A stretch of 64,000 bases of DNA, taken from Candidatus Sumerlaeaceae bacterium (GTDB taxonomy: Bacteria; Sumerlaeota; Sumerlaeia; Sumerlaeales; Sumerlaeaceae). The translations under genes and the position numbers were made by a program. The stretch is from NCBI GenBank assembly GCA_051003195.1, contig JBPCLP010000055.1, positions 58,313 through 122,312 on the forward strand. The letters are read 5' to 3'. The notes beneath the pieces were generated by a model. It had not been told where the DNA came from, did not search any database, and was given only the letters and a program-made list of their open reading frames with translations. Below are positions 20,477-31,106 of the stretch, piece after piece. Each line of letters begins with the position of its first letter. Position 1 is the first letter of the stretch.

Positions 20477-20518
20477 TGGGGTTTCACCCCGGGCTCTGTT
20501 ACATCGCCGCGTTGCGGC
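20477..20518 (-). repeat. Short REP-like double hairpin with family B architecture
   Basis: On the minus strand: GCCGC-AAC-GCGGC, a 10-nt spacer, then AGCCCGGGGTGAAACCCC; same layout as the family B core. Confidence 0.5.
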
Positions 20519-20545
20519 CGAACAACGAACTACAGCAGTTTTGAG

Positions 20546-21328
20546 TTACACGCGCCCCAATAACTCCGCCATCGCGACGTTTACTGCACCGGGATTTTCG
20601 AGAGGCGAAAGGTGCCCCGCCTTTGGGACCGTCTCCAGTCGCGCGCCACGAATCCCCTCCGCAATCACGTGCGCCATACCCACCGGCGTTACCTTATCAT
20701 CCTCGCCCACAACCACCAGCGTCGGAACACTCACCGTACCCAACGTCGAAATGCTGTCCGGCCGATCCGCCAGCATCTGGATCGTTCGTACCACAGCTCC
20801 CGCCGTCGCCCCGGCTGCCCAACCCTTCACTTCGTCCACAAGCGCCCTGTTCTGTTCGCGAGTATGCGGCGACATTTGGTTCTCCTCCACGAACCCGGGC
20901 AGGAATCCAGTGCCTTTCTGCTGGACAATCCTGATCTGCTGCATCCGTTTTTCGCGTCCCGCCTCATCGTCGGCATCCGCGCGCGTATCGCACAAAATCA
21001 TTGCCGCAAACCGCTCCGGCGCGCGGCGCCACAACTCGAATATGGTGTACCCACCCATCGAGCAACCCGCTATCACCGCCTTCTGAATTCCCAGCCCATC
21101 CAGCGTCTCCAGCACATCCTGCGCATACACGCTCATGGAAAACGGATCGTTGCCGTAGTCCGTCGACTTTCCGTAGCCGCGGAAATCCAGCGCCGCGACG
21201 CGCCGCGAACCCGAAAAGTGCTCGACCTGGCTGCGCCACATCCGCGAATCCAGCGGATAAGCGTGCAGCAGCACCAGCGGTGCGCCCGTGCTGCTCGCAG
21301 GTCCTTTGCACACGCATGATAATTTCAT
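20546..21328 (-). CDS. Alpha/beta hydrolase (PcaD/enol-lactonase-like)
   Basis: LLHAYPL, DFRGYG, GCSMGG nucleophile elbow, GEDD, AGHLSPLE. Confidence 0.9.
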   Translation of the reverse strand: MKLSCVCKGPASSTGAPLVLLHAYPLDSRMWRSQVEHFSGSRRVAALDFRGYGKSTDYGNDPFSMSVYAQDVLETLDGLGIQKAVIAGCSMGGYTIFELWRRAPERFAAMILCDTRADADDEAGREKRMQQIRIVQQKGTGFLPGFVEENQMSPHTREQNRALVDEVKGWAAGATAGAVVRTIQMLADRPDSISTLGTVSVPTLVVVGEDDKVTPVGMAHVIAEGIRGARLETVPKAGHLSPLENPGAVNVAMAELLGRV

Positions 21329-21414
21329 ATTGCTCCCTCTCGCATAGGAATTCACAAGCAACCGATCCAAACGAAGTTCGAGCGTTGCAGGTTTGCAAGC
21401 GAGAGAGAGACACA

Positions 21415-22533
21415 ATGGACGAGGCAAGCATGATGCCGGCGGTGCACGTGGAGCTTGGCGACCGCAGCTATGACATCCAGTTCTATCGCGGTAACGTGGA
21501 CCAAATGGCACGGGACATTGTGCCGTTCTGTCCCGAGCGCGCTTTAGTTGTGAGCAACGAACCGGTCTGGCAAGCGCACGGCGCGCCAATGGTGGCCGCC
21601 CTTCGTCAAGCCGGCATTCCCACAACAGTGCATCTCATGGGCGACGGCGAGCGGCACAAGAACCTCGAATCCATCACGCGCATGTACGACCAGCTCATCG
21701 CCGAGCGCTACTCCCGAAAAGGTACTGTCATTGCATTTGGCGGAGGCGTTGTGGGTGATGCGGCGGGATTTGCGGCCGCCAGTTTTCTGCGCGGCGTGAA
21801 CTTTGTGCAGATCCCCACGACCGTCGTCTCAATGGTCGACAGCTCCGTCGGCGGCAAGACCGGCGTTGATCATCCTTTAGGCAAAAATCTGATCGGCGCC
21901 TTTTACCAGCCAAAGCTCGTTTGCGTAAACACCGCCTACCTCCAAACTCTCGACGACTTTAATATCCGCGGCGGGTTCGCCGAGGTCATCAAGTACGGCA
22001 TCATTTACGACGCCGCGTTCTTCGACTACCTGGAGAAAAACATCGACGGCGCGATCGCACTTGAACCCGAGGCCATGCTACACGTCATCCGCAATTCGTG
22101 CCGAATCAAAGCCGAAGTTGTAAGCGCCGACGAGCACGAAGGTGGCCTGCGCGCGATCCTGAACTATGGCCACACCTTTGGCCATGCCATTGAGAGCCTT
22201 GGCGAATATCGGGAGCGGCAATGGCATGGCCAGGCGATTGCCATCGGCATGTGTTGTGCCGCAGATATGTCAGTCGACCTCGGGCTATGCACCACTGACG
22301 AAGCACAACGCACCGACACGCTCATTTCCCGCGCCGGGCTGCCCACACGCATTCCTGCGGACATTCGCGCGAGCGAAATCTACGAACGGATGTTCAGTGA
22401 TAAAAAAGTGGCGGGTGGAAAACTGCGGTTCGTGCTGATGAACCGGATCGGCCATGTTCAAATCAGTGCTGACGTCACACAGCAGCACGTGATGAGCGTA
22501 TTAGTGCGCCGGGGCGCCGGAGTAAGCGCGTAA
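21415..22533 (+). CDS. aroB: 3-dehydroquinate synthase
   Basis: GGGVVGD, PTT...DSSVGGKTG, KNLIGAFYQP, LNYGHTFGHAIE. Confidence 0.96.
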   Translation: MDEASMMPAVHVELGDRSYDIQFYRGNVDQMARDIVPFCPERALVVSNEPVWQAHGAPMVAALRQAGIPTTVHLMGDGERHKNLESITRMYDQLIAERYSRKGTVIAFGGGVVGDAAGFAAASFLRGVNFVQIPTTVVSMVDSSVGGKTGVDHPLGKNLIGAFYQPKLVCVNTAYLQTLDDFNIRGGFAEVIKYGIIYDAAFFDYLEKNIDGAIALEPEAMLHVIRNSCRIKAEVVSADEHEGGLRAILNYGHTFGHAIESLGEYRERQWHGQAIAIGMCCAADMSVDLGLCTTDEAQRTDTLISRAGLPTRIPADIRASEIYERMFSDKKVAGGKLRFVLMNRIGHVQISADVTQQHVMSVLVRRGAGVSA

Positions 22534-22542
22534 GCAAACATC

Positions 22543-22571
22543 AAAAAAAAAGAGGAGCCTTTCGGCTCCTC
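22543..22571 (-). terminator. Intrinsic terminator between convergent aroB and the SpoIID-like gene
   Basis: A9 then GAGGAGCC-TTTC-GGCTCCTC; the U-tract lies on the minus strand. Confidence 0.8.
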
Positions 22572-22594
22572 GTCTATGTAGTTACAGACCTTGG

Positions 22595-23686
22595 TTACTT
22601 CGTGTATTTTATCGCGTCCGCCAGTACGATATACCCCGTCGTTGTCCAGCACGAGAGCTTCGTGACTGCACTGGTTCCAGCTGTAAGCGAAGAAGTTCCC
22701 AGCAGGTTCCATACACCACCGCCCGCTTGCTGATTTTTGCTTACAGACGTGCCATTAGGCAGGATATACGGAGCCGTCGCAGAACGGTTCGAGCCCTGGC
22801 TCCACCACGCCGAGACGTTGTACGTGCCGGAGCTCGAGATACTCGCACTCCATTGCGCCGCGTCGCTTACAGCAGCCGTGCTCCGGTAACGATAATCCGT
22901 TCCGTACTTATCGGCGGCCGACGTTCCGGTTGACCAGTTGGAAGAGGCGCTGAATCCTGCGCTGGAGTTGTCGATCGTGATCGTAACTCCGGTACCGCCG
23001 CTCGTAAGGGTCTGACGCGTGAAAGGATAGGCTGCGTAATAGTGGTCAACAATCCAGGCGTATCCCATGCCACGATTTAGCGCCCAGCGCTGCGAGCCCC
23101 ACTGGCACATGCCCCGGCCATGGCCGTTCTGCGTGTATCCGCAGCACACCGAATCCGACAGGCACACTCCGTCGCTGGGTTTGTTTGATGTGTAGCAGTT
23201 ACCGCAGCCATCGCGGCCGGCACTGTCGTTGTTCTCGGCCGAGTACTCCGCCCGTGCGATGTTTCCGTTCACGTCTACCAGGTAAACGCCTGCGGTGGCA
23301 TCCACCGCTGCGTCGGTGCTGGCGTACTGCGTGGTCGAGTATACCTGGCAGCATGTCGTGTCGCAGATATCATAACTGGATGAGATCGGATGATATACGT
23401 AATACGCGCCGTAACTGCGGATGGCAATTGCACCCGCCTTCAGGCTCTCTGTGTGCCAGCTTGTAATCCACTCCTGCGGTAGCACACGTTTCGTGTAAGT
23501 TTCCATGCTGACCGTAACCACGGTCGAACAGGAATTACACGAGCAACTGCGGCCAACACGGATGCTGCTCGGTGCCGCTTGAGCAGCATAGGCCGAAGAA
23601 GTGATGGAAGGCGCCAGCCCCAATACGACTGTGGCAGCAACGGCGACCGAAAGGATACGGCGCAACGAAAGATGATGAACGAGCAT
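22595..23686 (-). CDS. Secreted SpoIID/LytB-domain protein with a C-terminal golvesin/CBM-like domain
   Basis: Signal peptide; METYTKRVLPQEW...ESLKAGAIAIRSY...YDICDTTCCQVY; GHGRGMCQWG; C-terminal YNVSAWW...WNLLG...ADAIKY. Confidence 0.8.
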   Translation of the reverse strand: MLVHHLSLRRILSVAVAATVVLGLAPSITSSAYAAQAAPSSIRVGRSCSCNSCSTVVTVSMETYTKRVLPQEWITSWHTESLKAGAIAIRSYGAYYVYHPISSSYDICDTTCCQVYSTTQYASTDAAVDATAGVYLVDVNGNIARAEYSAENNDSAGRDGCGNCYTSNKPSDGVCLSDSVCCGYTQNGHGRGMCQWGSQRWALNRGMGYAWIVDHYYAAYPFTRQTLTSGGTGVTITIDNSSAGFSASSNWSTGTSAADKYGTDYRYRSTAAVSDAAQWSASISSSGTYNVSAWWSQGSNRSATAPYILPNGTSVSKNQQAGGGVWNLLGTSSLTAGTSAVTKLSCWTTTGYIVLADAIKYTK

Positions 23687-24198
23687 TGAGCTTCTCTCCT
23701 GAGCCCATCGTTCGCCCGGATTCCTTCACCCAAAGTAAAAAGACAAAGTGGGTTGAAATGTCACCCGGCAACGACAGGAAAATTGAACAGAATGACCTTA
23801 CCTGCTCAGAAGCGGGCGGGCGCCGTTAGCAATGTAGTACAAAAGATTTGCGCCTGGCTAAGTAAGGGACTACGCTCTACCGCGGCGAGCGGCTCGGTTT
23901 CCATGGCCACATTATTTGGGAAGCAAGAAACCGCCGTACTACCTACCTCCTCAAAAAAGGAATAGTGCTGCCTGGCGAGTGAGCGGAACTGAGCCAAACA
24001 CGGTTGCGGATAATAGCTGGTTTATCCGGCCGGACTTCACCAGAAAAAACTCGGCTAAGTCAAATGAACGAGCACTGTCATGGCGCTCCTGGTCAAGTTT
24101 TATGTTTCGCAAGGCACCATCTGTAAAGCGAGCATATTCCTCTGGACCTGAAGTCACTTCTGAGACCTAACGTGCTTTAGCAGCAGCCATGAAAGGGC

Positions 24199-24738
24199 AT
24201 GAACTTCTGTATGAGTAATTTTTTCCCGCGTCAGGCCAGGCGAGCCGATGATGAGCCTGATCTCGCGCCTGATAAATGGCCAGTCACGCAGACGGACGCT
24301 CGGCCACCCCCCCCTGACTCCGGAGAGATGCCCATCGAAGAGGAGCCTATCGCATACTCTTCCCTGTCTACTGCGATTAAAAAGTCGGTTGAGGAGCATC
24401 TGCCGGGGGCAAGCGGCCACGACGCCGTGCGGATGCAATTGGGAGAAGTTGTTCTCTATCATATCGTGGCACAGCGTGGCCGCACAGGATTGGCTATTAC
24501 CGTCTCGCCTGCCGGAGAGGTAATTGAGCTGGAACGCGACGTCGCTCCAAGCCGGGTACCGAAAGCCGTAAAGCAGGCGCTTGCCGCTTACTACCCAAAC
24601 ACGTTCTTCTCCAGCGCCGGGGTGATCACGATGCACTTCTACGAGTTCGAATATGAAGATGACCAACACAATCGGCGAGTTGTGCAGATCGACGCCAGCG
24701 GACGTGTGCTTCAGGATGTGGACGAAGAAAATGCATAG
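24199..24738 (+). CDS. Hypothetical protein with PepSY-like repeats
   Basis: GEVIELERDVAPSRVPKAVKQALAAYYP and YEFEY...VQIDASGRVL patterns; start uncertain. Confidence 0.6.
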   Translation: MNFCMSNFFPRQARRADDEPDLAPDKWPVTQTDARPPPPDSGEMPIEEEPIAYSSLSTAIKKSVEEHLPGASGHDAVRMQLGEVVLYHIVAQRGRTGLAITVSPAGEVIELERDVAPSRVPKAVKQALAAYYPNTFFSSAGVITMHFYEFEYEDDQHNRRVVQIDASGRVLQDVDEENA

Positions 24739-24740
24739 CG

Positions 24741-24781
24741 GGCACACAGAACTGATTACGAACTAACGGTAAATCAAGCTT
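24741..24781. repeat. Partial family A copy (right half)
   Basis: GGCACACAGAACTGATTACGAACTAACGGTA, nearly identical to 34447-34477; lies 2 nt after the TAG of the upstream ORF. Confidence 0.75.
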
Positions 24782-25011
24782 GGTTACTGTCTCAGAACTT
24801 GCGACATAATTCCAGGATACCGGCTTTTTGGAATCCCCAGCCTTCAGGTTTTTTGCACTGAAGGTGCAGCGGAACACAGCCCAGGGAAAGGAGGCCACGG
24901 CTTTTTGTGGCCGACGCAGCCCTGGGTTACAGCACCCCCCCATTTTTCGCGCCCTGAAGGGGCGCCGGAAAACGCGCAAACTTCGTTACGAATTTCTGGG
25001 AACCCACCCTA
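24780..25011. repeat. REP-like element family B copy 1 with family-A-like ends
   Basis: Core GCACTGAAGGTGCAGCGGAACACAGCCCAGGG...CCCTGGGTT...GCGCCCTGAAGGGGCGCCGGAAA shared with 42951-43151; ends ACGAATTTCTGGGAACCCACCCTA. Confidence 0.8.
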
Positions 25012-25578
25012 CGACCCGACAGCACCCTCCGCGGGCGCAGGCGAAAAAGGATTGCCCATTAGCTCCCGTAGAATTTGAGCATGCTCCTGCAGGATCGCCA
25101 TTTCCTTTTCTTCTGATTCCGTCTCATGGATCGCGTGGCCGGCGGCCGTAGCCAATGTACTGGCCTCTTTGGCAGCCGCCAGCACATCAGGCTCCAATGC
25201 CAGCACAGCCATACGCGACGCACGCGCCATGATTGGTTTGTTCAAAACCGCGGCCTCTTCCGCCGCCTTTACTGCCCCTTGCCGGATAAACTCTACCGCT
25301 CCCTGTGTCGCATCACCCGCGGCGTAACGTTCGCCCAGGTCCACCGCTCGGCGACTTCTTACATCAGGCATGAACACCCACCAGCGCCGTGCACACGTGC
25401 AGATAAAAAGCCGCAGGCCTTTTCGACTGCCGCGCCCAAAGGCCTCCAGCAGCCAGAACATCCAGTCGGCTCGATGGCACTCCATCCAAACCTCTTCGAA
25501 TGTCTCAAAACGCCGGGCAAACCGTCCCAGTTTTTCGGGAAATTCGAATCGGCTGAGCGCTTCGCTCACTTCGCTCAT
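25009..25578 (-). CDS. Hypothetical protein resembling the Imm5-like family expanded in Planctomycetes
   Basis: W..C..ADWM.WLL, LRLF.C.CARR, D.RSRRAVD..ERYA.G and C-terminal ILRELMGNPF; GGAG RBS. Confidence 0.6.
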   Translation of the reverse strand: MSEVSEALSRFEFPEKLGRFARRFETFEEVWMECHRADWMFWLLEAFGRGSRKGLRLFICTCARRWWVFMPDVRSRRAVDLGERYAAGDATQGAVEFIRQGAVKAAEEAAVLNKPIMARASRMAVLALEPDVLAAAKEASTLATAAGHAIHETESEEKEMAILQEHAQILRELMGNPFSPAPAEGAVGS

Positions 25579-25683
25579 CCTTCTCTCCTTCCGTGGTTCT
25601 AAATACCAGCAGCACTCTGGGCAGCTTCATGTGCAAGCAAGTTGTAGCGATTTCTCAGGCAGGCTTTAGCAATCGCAGAAGCC

Positions 25684-25776
25684 TGGCGGAGAGGGGGGGA
25701 TTCGAACCCCCGATAGAGGTTTACCCCCTATAACGGTTTAGCAAACCGGCGCCTTCAGCCACTCGGCCACCTCTCC
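25684..25776 (-). tRNA. tRNA-Ser(GCT), long variable arm, encoded CCA
   Basis: Minus strand GGAGAGGTGGCCGAGTGGCTGAAGGCGCCGGTTTGCTAAACCG...GGTTCGAATCCCCCCCTCTCCGCCA. Confidence 0.95.
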
Positions 25777-26005
25777 ACACGTAAGGCTGAGACGGTCTCT
25801 AAAACAGTGCCTGCCGGAGTTTATTTTGCCAATCCGCCTTCTTTTCCCCACGGCTGCTTGACCCACATTCCTGCACGTTCCCGCGCCAGGCGGCCTCCTT
25901 CTCAATTCCCAATTCGCCTGCCTGGTACCATCATCCGCGATAAACACTTGCAGGCCCTGCTCAGGCCTTTATGCGTGCCCAACCGATACAAACTAAAGGA
26001 ATTGA

Positions 26006-26944
<939 letters not shown>

Positions 26945-26990
26945 GACCCCGGACAAGAGCAAAAACTTAGAAACAAAACACGGTTATGAG

Positions 26991-27023
26991 CGCGGGGTCG
27001 ATGATTCGCCCCGCGATTTTTTT
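26991..27023 (+). terminator. Intrinsic terminator after mdh
   Basis: CGCGGGG...CCCCGCG followed by A and T7. Confidence 0.65.
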
Positions 27024-27034
27024 ATAGGCATGCC

Positions 27035-28927
27035 GTGCACCGTTTGCACAATAGCGTGGGAAGAGGTACCTTGGCTGATATAAGCGCATCGGGTGATAAA
27101 AAGCGTGAACGTCGCACACGGGACCGCCGCTCTAAGGACCAGGTCGAGCCGCCCCGAAAAGACGAAGGTTCGATCACGCAAGCCTTGCGCGTGCAGTTTA
27201 GCGGCGCACTCGAGCGCTTTCCATGGCTGCACCGGCCACTGCCATACCAGCTTGGTATTATAGCCCTCGTTTTTGCAGTGTTTGCGCGCGCGCTGACGTT
27301 CGATTTCGTCAATTTAGACGACAATGTAAACATCTACCACAACCCGCTTCTGCATCCGCCCACACTGCAGTCTTTATCCAGTTTCTGGAGGGCGCCCTAC
27401 CAGGATCTTTACGTGCCGCTGTTCTACACAAGTCTCTGGTTTGACCAGTTAATTGGAGGCGGCCGACCTTGGGTCTTTCACCTGACGAACCTCCTGCTCC
27501 ATATCGCCTCCGCCCTGTTGGTGATGGGGATTCTCCGCCGTGTCGCCGAATCGTTCGCATTCCTGGAAGCGCTGCCGGTTCCGCATAAGGAATACCGCAA
27601 GCTGGCCGCCGCCACAGTCGGGGCGCTCGTGTTTGCATGCCATCCGGCACAGGCAGAGGCGGTGTGCTGGGTTACCGGCCGAAAGGATGTGCTGGCCGGC
27701 TGCCTTTCACTTGCGGCAATATACGCCTACCTTGTGGCCGCAGGCCCAGCAGTCGACCTGCACGGGCTTACGCTGCAGCAGAATTTCCGTGTTCGCGGTC
27801 GATCGTACTGGCTGGCCCTGCTGTTCTTCCTGCTCGCGCTGCTGGCCAAGCCAGCCTCCGTCATGCTGCCGTTCATGATACTTGGTATCAACACACTGCT
27901 GTTGCGGCGTCCCTTGCGAAAAGCGGTTTATAGTCTTATCCCGTGGTTCTTTATTACAGGCCTGTGGATCATCCTGACCCTGCTCGCGCAGGATGTTCCC
28001 GCTTGGATTCGACAGTTGGTACCCTGGTGGAAGCGGCCACTGCTGGCCGCCGACTCACTTGTCTTTTATATTCGACTCATGCTGTGGCCGCGCAACCTGG
28101 TGCCCGTCTATCCACGCACTGCTCCTGAAGCAGTGACCGGCATCCACTGCTGGGTTGATATCGCTATTGTCGGCCTGGCTCTCGTCGCTGCCGCATACAC
28201 GTCGCGCCGTGGTTATCGCGTTCTGCCTAGTATTGTGCTGCTGTTCGTTATCCCGCTTGTTCCCGTGCTCGGGCTCATGCCGTTTCTTTATGAGGCCATT
28301 TCAACCGTGGCTAATCGTTACTTATACCTGTCTCTTCTGTCACTGGCCATCATCTACGCGTGGATGTGGCTGGCCGCCGCATCCCACCCCATCCCCCGGG
28401 CACGGCGCAGCCTGGCAGCAGGGCTCGTTCTCGTTGCCATCGGGCATGCCCTGTCTCAAACTCCGGCCCAAATCCGAAACTGGCGCAACAGCCAGGTTCT
28501 GTGGGACTTTCAAATGCGGATCGCTCCTGGGGCCGCCCTGCCGCATGCGAATCTCGGGCAGCTCTACGCCGAGCGCGGCGACAAGGCTAGAGCCGAAGAC
28601 GAGTACCGTCAGGCGTACCACCTGGACGAGAAGTTGACGCCCGCCATGGTCAAGCACGCGCTGCTTCTTCTCGAACGGGGGGAATACGCACCTGGCACCG
28701 AACTTCTCCACCGCGCGGTCCGCAGCTACCGGGAGCACGAGATTTTCGATATTCGCCTCGCAGAGGCTCACAACAACCTCGGCGTTGCCTATATGCGCCA
28801 GTCAAAATGGACTAACGCTGCCGCCGAGTTCGAAGCGGCGCTGCATATCCAGCCGGGCAATGATACATTCCGGCAAAACCTTCAGGACACCCTGCGCCAC
28901 TTGCCTGCCGCGGAGCGGACCCGCTGA
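27035..28927 (+). CDS. TMTC-like GT-C membrane glycosyltransferase with C-terminal TPRs
   Basis: FVNLDD loop, FHLTNLLLH, HP.QAEAVCW..GRKD, ALLAKP, ANRYLYL, W.NS..LW, TPR AEAHNNLG; start uncertain. Confidence 0.82.
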   Translation: MHRLHNSVGRGTLADISASGDKKRERRTRDRRSKDQVEPPRKDEGSITQALRVQFSGALERFPWLHRPLPYQLGIIALVFAVFARALTFDFVNLDDNVNIYHNPLLHPPTLQSLSSFWRAPYQDLYVPLFYTSLWFDQLIGGGRPWVFHLTNLLLHIASALLVMGILRRVAESFAFLEALPVPHKEYRKLAAATVGALVFACHPAQAEAVCWVTGRKDVLAGCLSLAAIYAYLVAAGPAVDLHGLTLQQNFRVRGRSYWLALLFFLLALLAKPASVMLPFMILGINTLLLRRPLRKAVYSLIPWFFITGLWIILTLLAQDVPAWIRQLVPWWKRPLLAADSLVFYIRLMLWPRNLVPVYPRTAPEAVTGIHCWVDIAIVGLALVAAAYTSRRGYRVLPSIVLLFVIPLVPVLGLMPFLYEAISTVANRYLYLSLLSLAIIYAWMWLAAASHPIPRARRSLAAGLVLVAIGHALSQTPAQIRNWRNSQVLWDFQMRIAPGAALPHANLGQLYAERGDKARAEDEYRQAYHLDEKLTPAMVKHALLLLERGEYAPGTELLHRAVRSYREHEIFDIRLAEAHNNLGVAYMRQSKWTNAAAEFEAALHIQPGNDTFRQNLQDTLRHLPAAERTR

Positions 28928-29032
28928 GCTCCCGCGGCCGCTGCCTGCATGAATAAGCGCGTGCCCAGGCGTTAGGCAAGTCGGCTGCCCAGAACACAGG
29001 GCTGCTGAATGACTGAGGAATGGTAAAGAACA

Positions 29033-29221
29033 ATGGCAAAGTGCCAGGTGTGCGGCAAAGGCCCCCAGACAGGTAATAACGTAAGCCACGCGAACAATAA
29101 GAGCAAGCGGCGCTGGTTGCCGAACCTCCAAAAAGTGCGGGCAAAAGTGGGCGGAACAGTGCGCCGTATGCACGTGTGCACCGGCTGCCTGAAATCGGGC
29201 AAGGTCGTAAAGGCCTCCTGA
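29033..29221 (+). CDS. rpmB: 50S ribosomal protein L28
   Basis: [33 protein letters not shown]...VCTGCLKSG (Zn-binding form). Confidence 0.97.
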   Translation: MAKCQVCGKGPQTGNNVSHANNKSKRRWLPNLQKVRAKVGGTVRRMHVCTGCLKSGKVVKAS

Positions 29222-29247
29222 AAACCCGCTGAAAGTACGTCTTTTCG

Positions 29248-29282
29248 ACGCAGGCGTGGACTTGTTCCGCGCCTGCGTTTTT
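29248..29282 (+). terminator. Intrinsic terminator after rpmB
   Basis: ACGCAGGCGTGGA...TCCGCGCCTGCGT followed by a T-run. Confidence 0.75.
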
Positions 29283-29321
29283 CATTTGGCTTCTGCCTGC
29301 GAACCATAACGCAATGTGGGT

Positions 29322-30371
29322 ATGGCAATCCGGTATCCCAGGCGTCTTAAGCTCGCTCTCACCCCAACGCCCCTTGAGTTCATGCCGCGTCTCACGCAAT
29401 ACTTTGGTGGACCAGAAATCTGGTTTAAGCGCGACGACCTGACTGGCTCCACGCTCAGCGGTAACAAAGTGCGAAAGCTCGAGTTCTCCCTGGCCGAGGC
29501 CGGCTCGCAAAAAGCCAGCGTTATCATTACTGCAGGCGGTATCCAAAGCAATCATTGCCGTGCCACAGCACTCTGTTGTGCACGTCTCGGTCTCGAATGC
29601 CATCTGATCCTTCGCGGCGAACCGGACGGCTCAGCCGATGGAAACCTGCTCCTCGATTATCTCGCCGGCGCAAAGCTAGCGTTCTACCCGCGCGAAGTGT
29701 ACTCGACTCAGAAGCACGAAATCGCCGCGCAAATCGCAGATAAATACGCTACCGCAGGCAAAAAGTCATACTGGATTCCGGTCGGTGCATCCAACGCTAT
29801 CGGCAGTTGGGGCTATGTACGCGCATACGAAGAATTACTGCGGCAAGCTGCTCGGCAGAACCTGCACATTGATCACATCGTCAATCCAATCGGCAGCGGT
29901 GGGACAAGCAGCGGGCTTATTGCCGGCCGCGCCCTCACCCGCGCCCGCAAGCCGCAGGTATGGGGAATAAATGTCTGCGACGACGAACCCACTTTTCAGC
30001 ACGATATCCGTCAGATCCTGGAAGAAATGAATGCGCGTTTTGATCTGCGTCTGAACGATAAGAACACCCCGGTCCAGGTGCTCGACGGTTACGTCGGCGA
30101 CGGCTATGCCATACCATATGACCAGGAGATGGCCCTGATCTCTGAATGCGGCCGTCTTGAAGGCCAGATCCTCGATCCGGTTTATACAGGAAAGGCTCTT
30201 TACGGCCTCCAGCAGGAAATCCGAAAAGGGCGATTCTCTAAAAAAGAGAGGGTTGTCTTCATCCACACCGGCGGTGTGTTCGGGCTGTTTCCCCAAAAAC
30301 ACGGGTTCCAATTCAATGGCAGTTCGAATCGACCAAAATCCACACGCAATCCCACAGAAAGAAAACGCTGA
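29322..30371 (+). CDS. D-cysteine desulfhydrase/ACC deaminase-family PLP enzyme
   Basis: KRDDLTG..LSGNKVRKLEF, GGIQSNHCR, GSGGT, LDPVYTGKA, FIHTGG. Confidence 0.92.
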   Translation: MAIRYPRRLKLALTPTPLEFMPRLTQYFGGPEIWFKRDDLTGSTLSGNKVRKLEFSLAEAGSQKASVIITAGGIQSNHCRATALCCARLGLECHLILRGEPDGSADGNLLLDYLAGAKLAFYPREVYSTQKHEIAAQIADKYATAGKKSYWIPVGASNAIGSWGYVRAYEELLRQAARQNLHIDHIVNPIGSGGTSSGLIAGRALTRARKPQVWGINVCDDEPTFQHDIRQILEEMNARFDLRLNDKNTPVQVLDGYVGDGYAIPYDQEMALISECGRLEGQILDPVYTGKALYGLQQEIRKGRFSKKERVVFIHTGGVFGLFPQKHGFQFNGSSNRPKSTRNPTERKR

Positions 30372-31051
30372 TGCCCACCGACAAGCAAACATGGGAAAAC
30401 TGGTTCAGGGATGTGTGGGCAGATCGCGAAGATCGCGTCTACCGGGAACTGTTTGGCGATATCGGGAACGCGATCCATACCATACCTTCTGTGCTGTTCG
30501 AACGAATGGGTTTTAAGCACGTTGATGAGCGCTGGCTGGTTCACGGAGTGTTCGAAAGCGCTCCCAATGAGACGCATAAAAGCTGGCTCTATGTCACTTC
30601 CTCATTGTCCAATCCGTGGGGTGCCGATCCTGAGACCATCGATCCCACTCAACCGAGCGGGCTCGGATTCGAACTTGTATTGCAGACGCCTCGGCAGGAA
30701 AGCTGGGCGATCCAGGTGTTGCACTGGCTCATGGCAATCCAGATTCTCGCTGCCAGCGGAATGGTAAAGGGCGACACGGTGCAGTTGCACGACCGCGTGC
30801 CTCTGCAGACCTCTATTGATCCGGCAACAGAATCCGCGATGCGCCATCTCATCATTTGCGAGCCTGAACCGTTTGCGAAGCAGTTCGGCCTGCCCTCCGG
30901 AACTGTGGACCTGTTACTGTGCGTTGGTATGACGGACGCCGAGAACGAGTTCGCACGAGAGCACGGAGCACTCCCTTTGCTGCAGCTTCTCCGCGAACAG
31001 ACTGACTTTCCCGTAACGGATTCCTCCCGTACATCTGTTCAGCTACCGTAA
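30371..31051 (+). CDS. Suppressor-of-fused (SUFU) domain protein
   Basis: WLYVTSSLS, SGLGFEL, W....L, LPSGTVDLL.CVG.T..E..FA pattern; TGATG overlap with the upstream gene. Confidence 0.8.
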   Translation: MPTDKQTWENWFRDVWADREDRVYRELFGDIGNAIHTIPSVLFERMGFKHVDERWLVHGVFESAPNETHKSWLYVTSSLSNPWGADPETIDPTQPSGLGFELVLQTPRQESWAIQVLHWLMAIQILAASGMVKGDTVQLHDRVPLQTSIDPATESAMRHLIICEPEPFAKQFGLPSGTVDLLLCVGMTDAENEFAREHGALPLLQLLREQTDFPVTDSSRTSVQLP

Positions 31052-31106
31052 CGCCACCTGCCAAATACGCTTGCCGCCGGCAAACCCAGGGCATACGTCC
31101 AGCTGT

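Noticed and set aside
23951..24157. 68-aa minus-strand ORF
   Set aside because: No motif or clear RBS, and competing short ORFs overlap it; it cannot be supported.
25684..25776. tRNA-Ser as the attachment site of an integrated element
   Set aside because: I found no duplicate of the tRNA 3' end and no integrase in the window.
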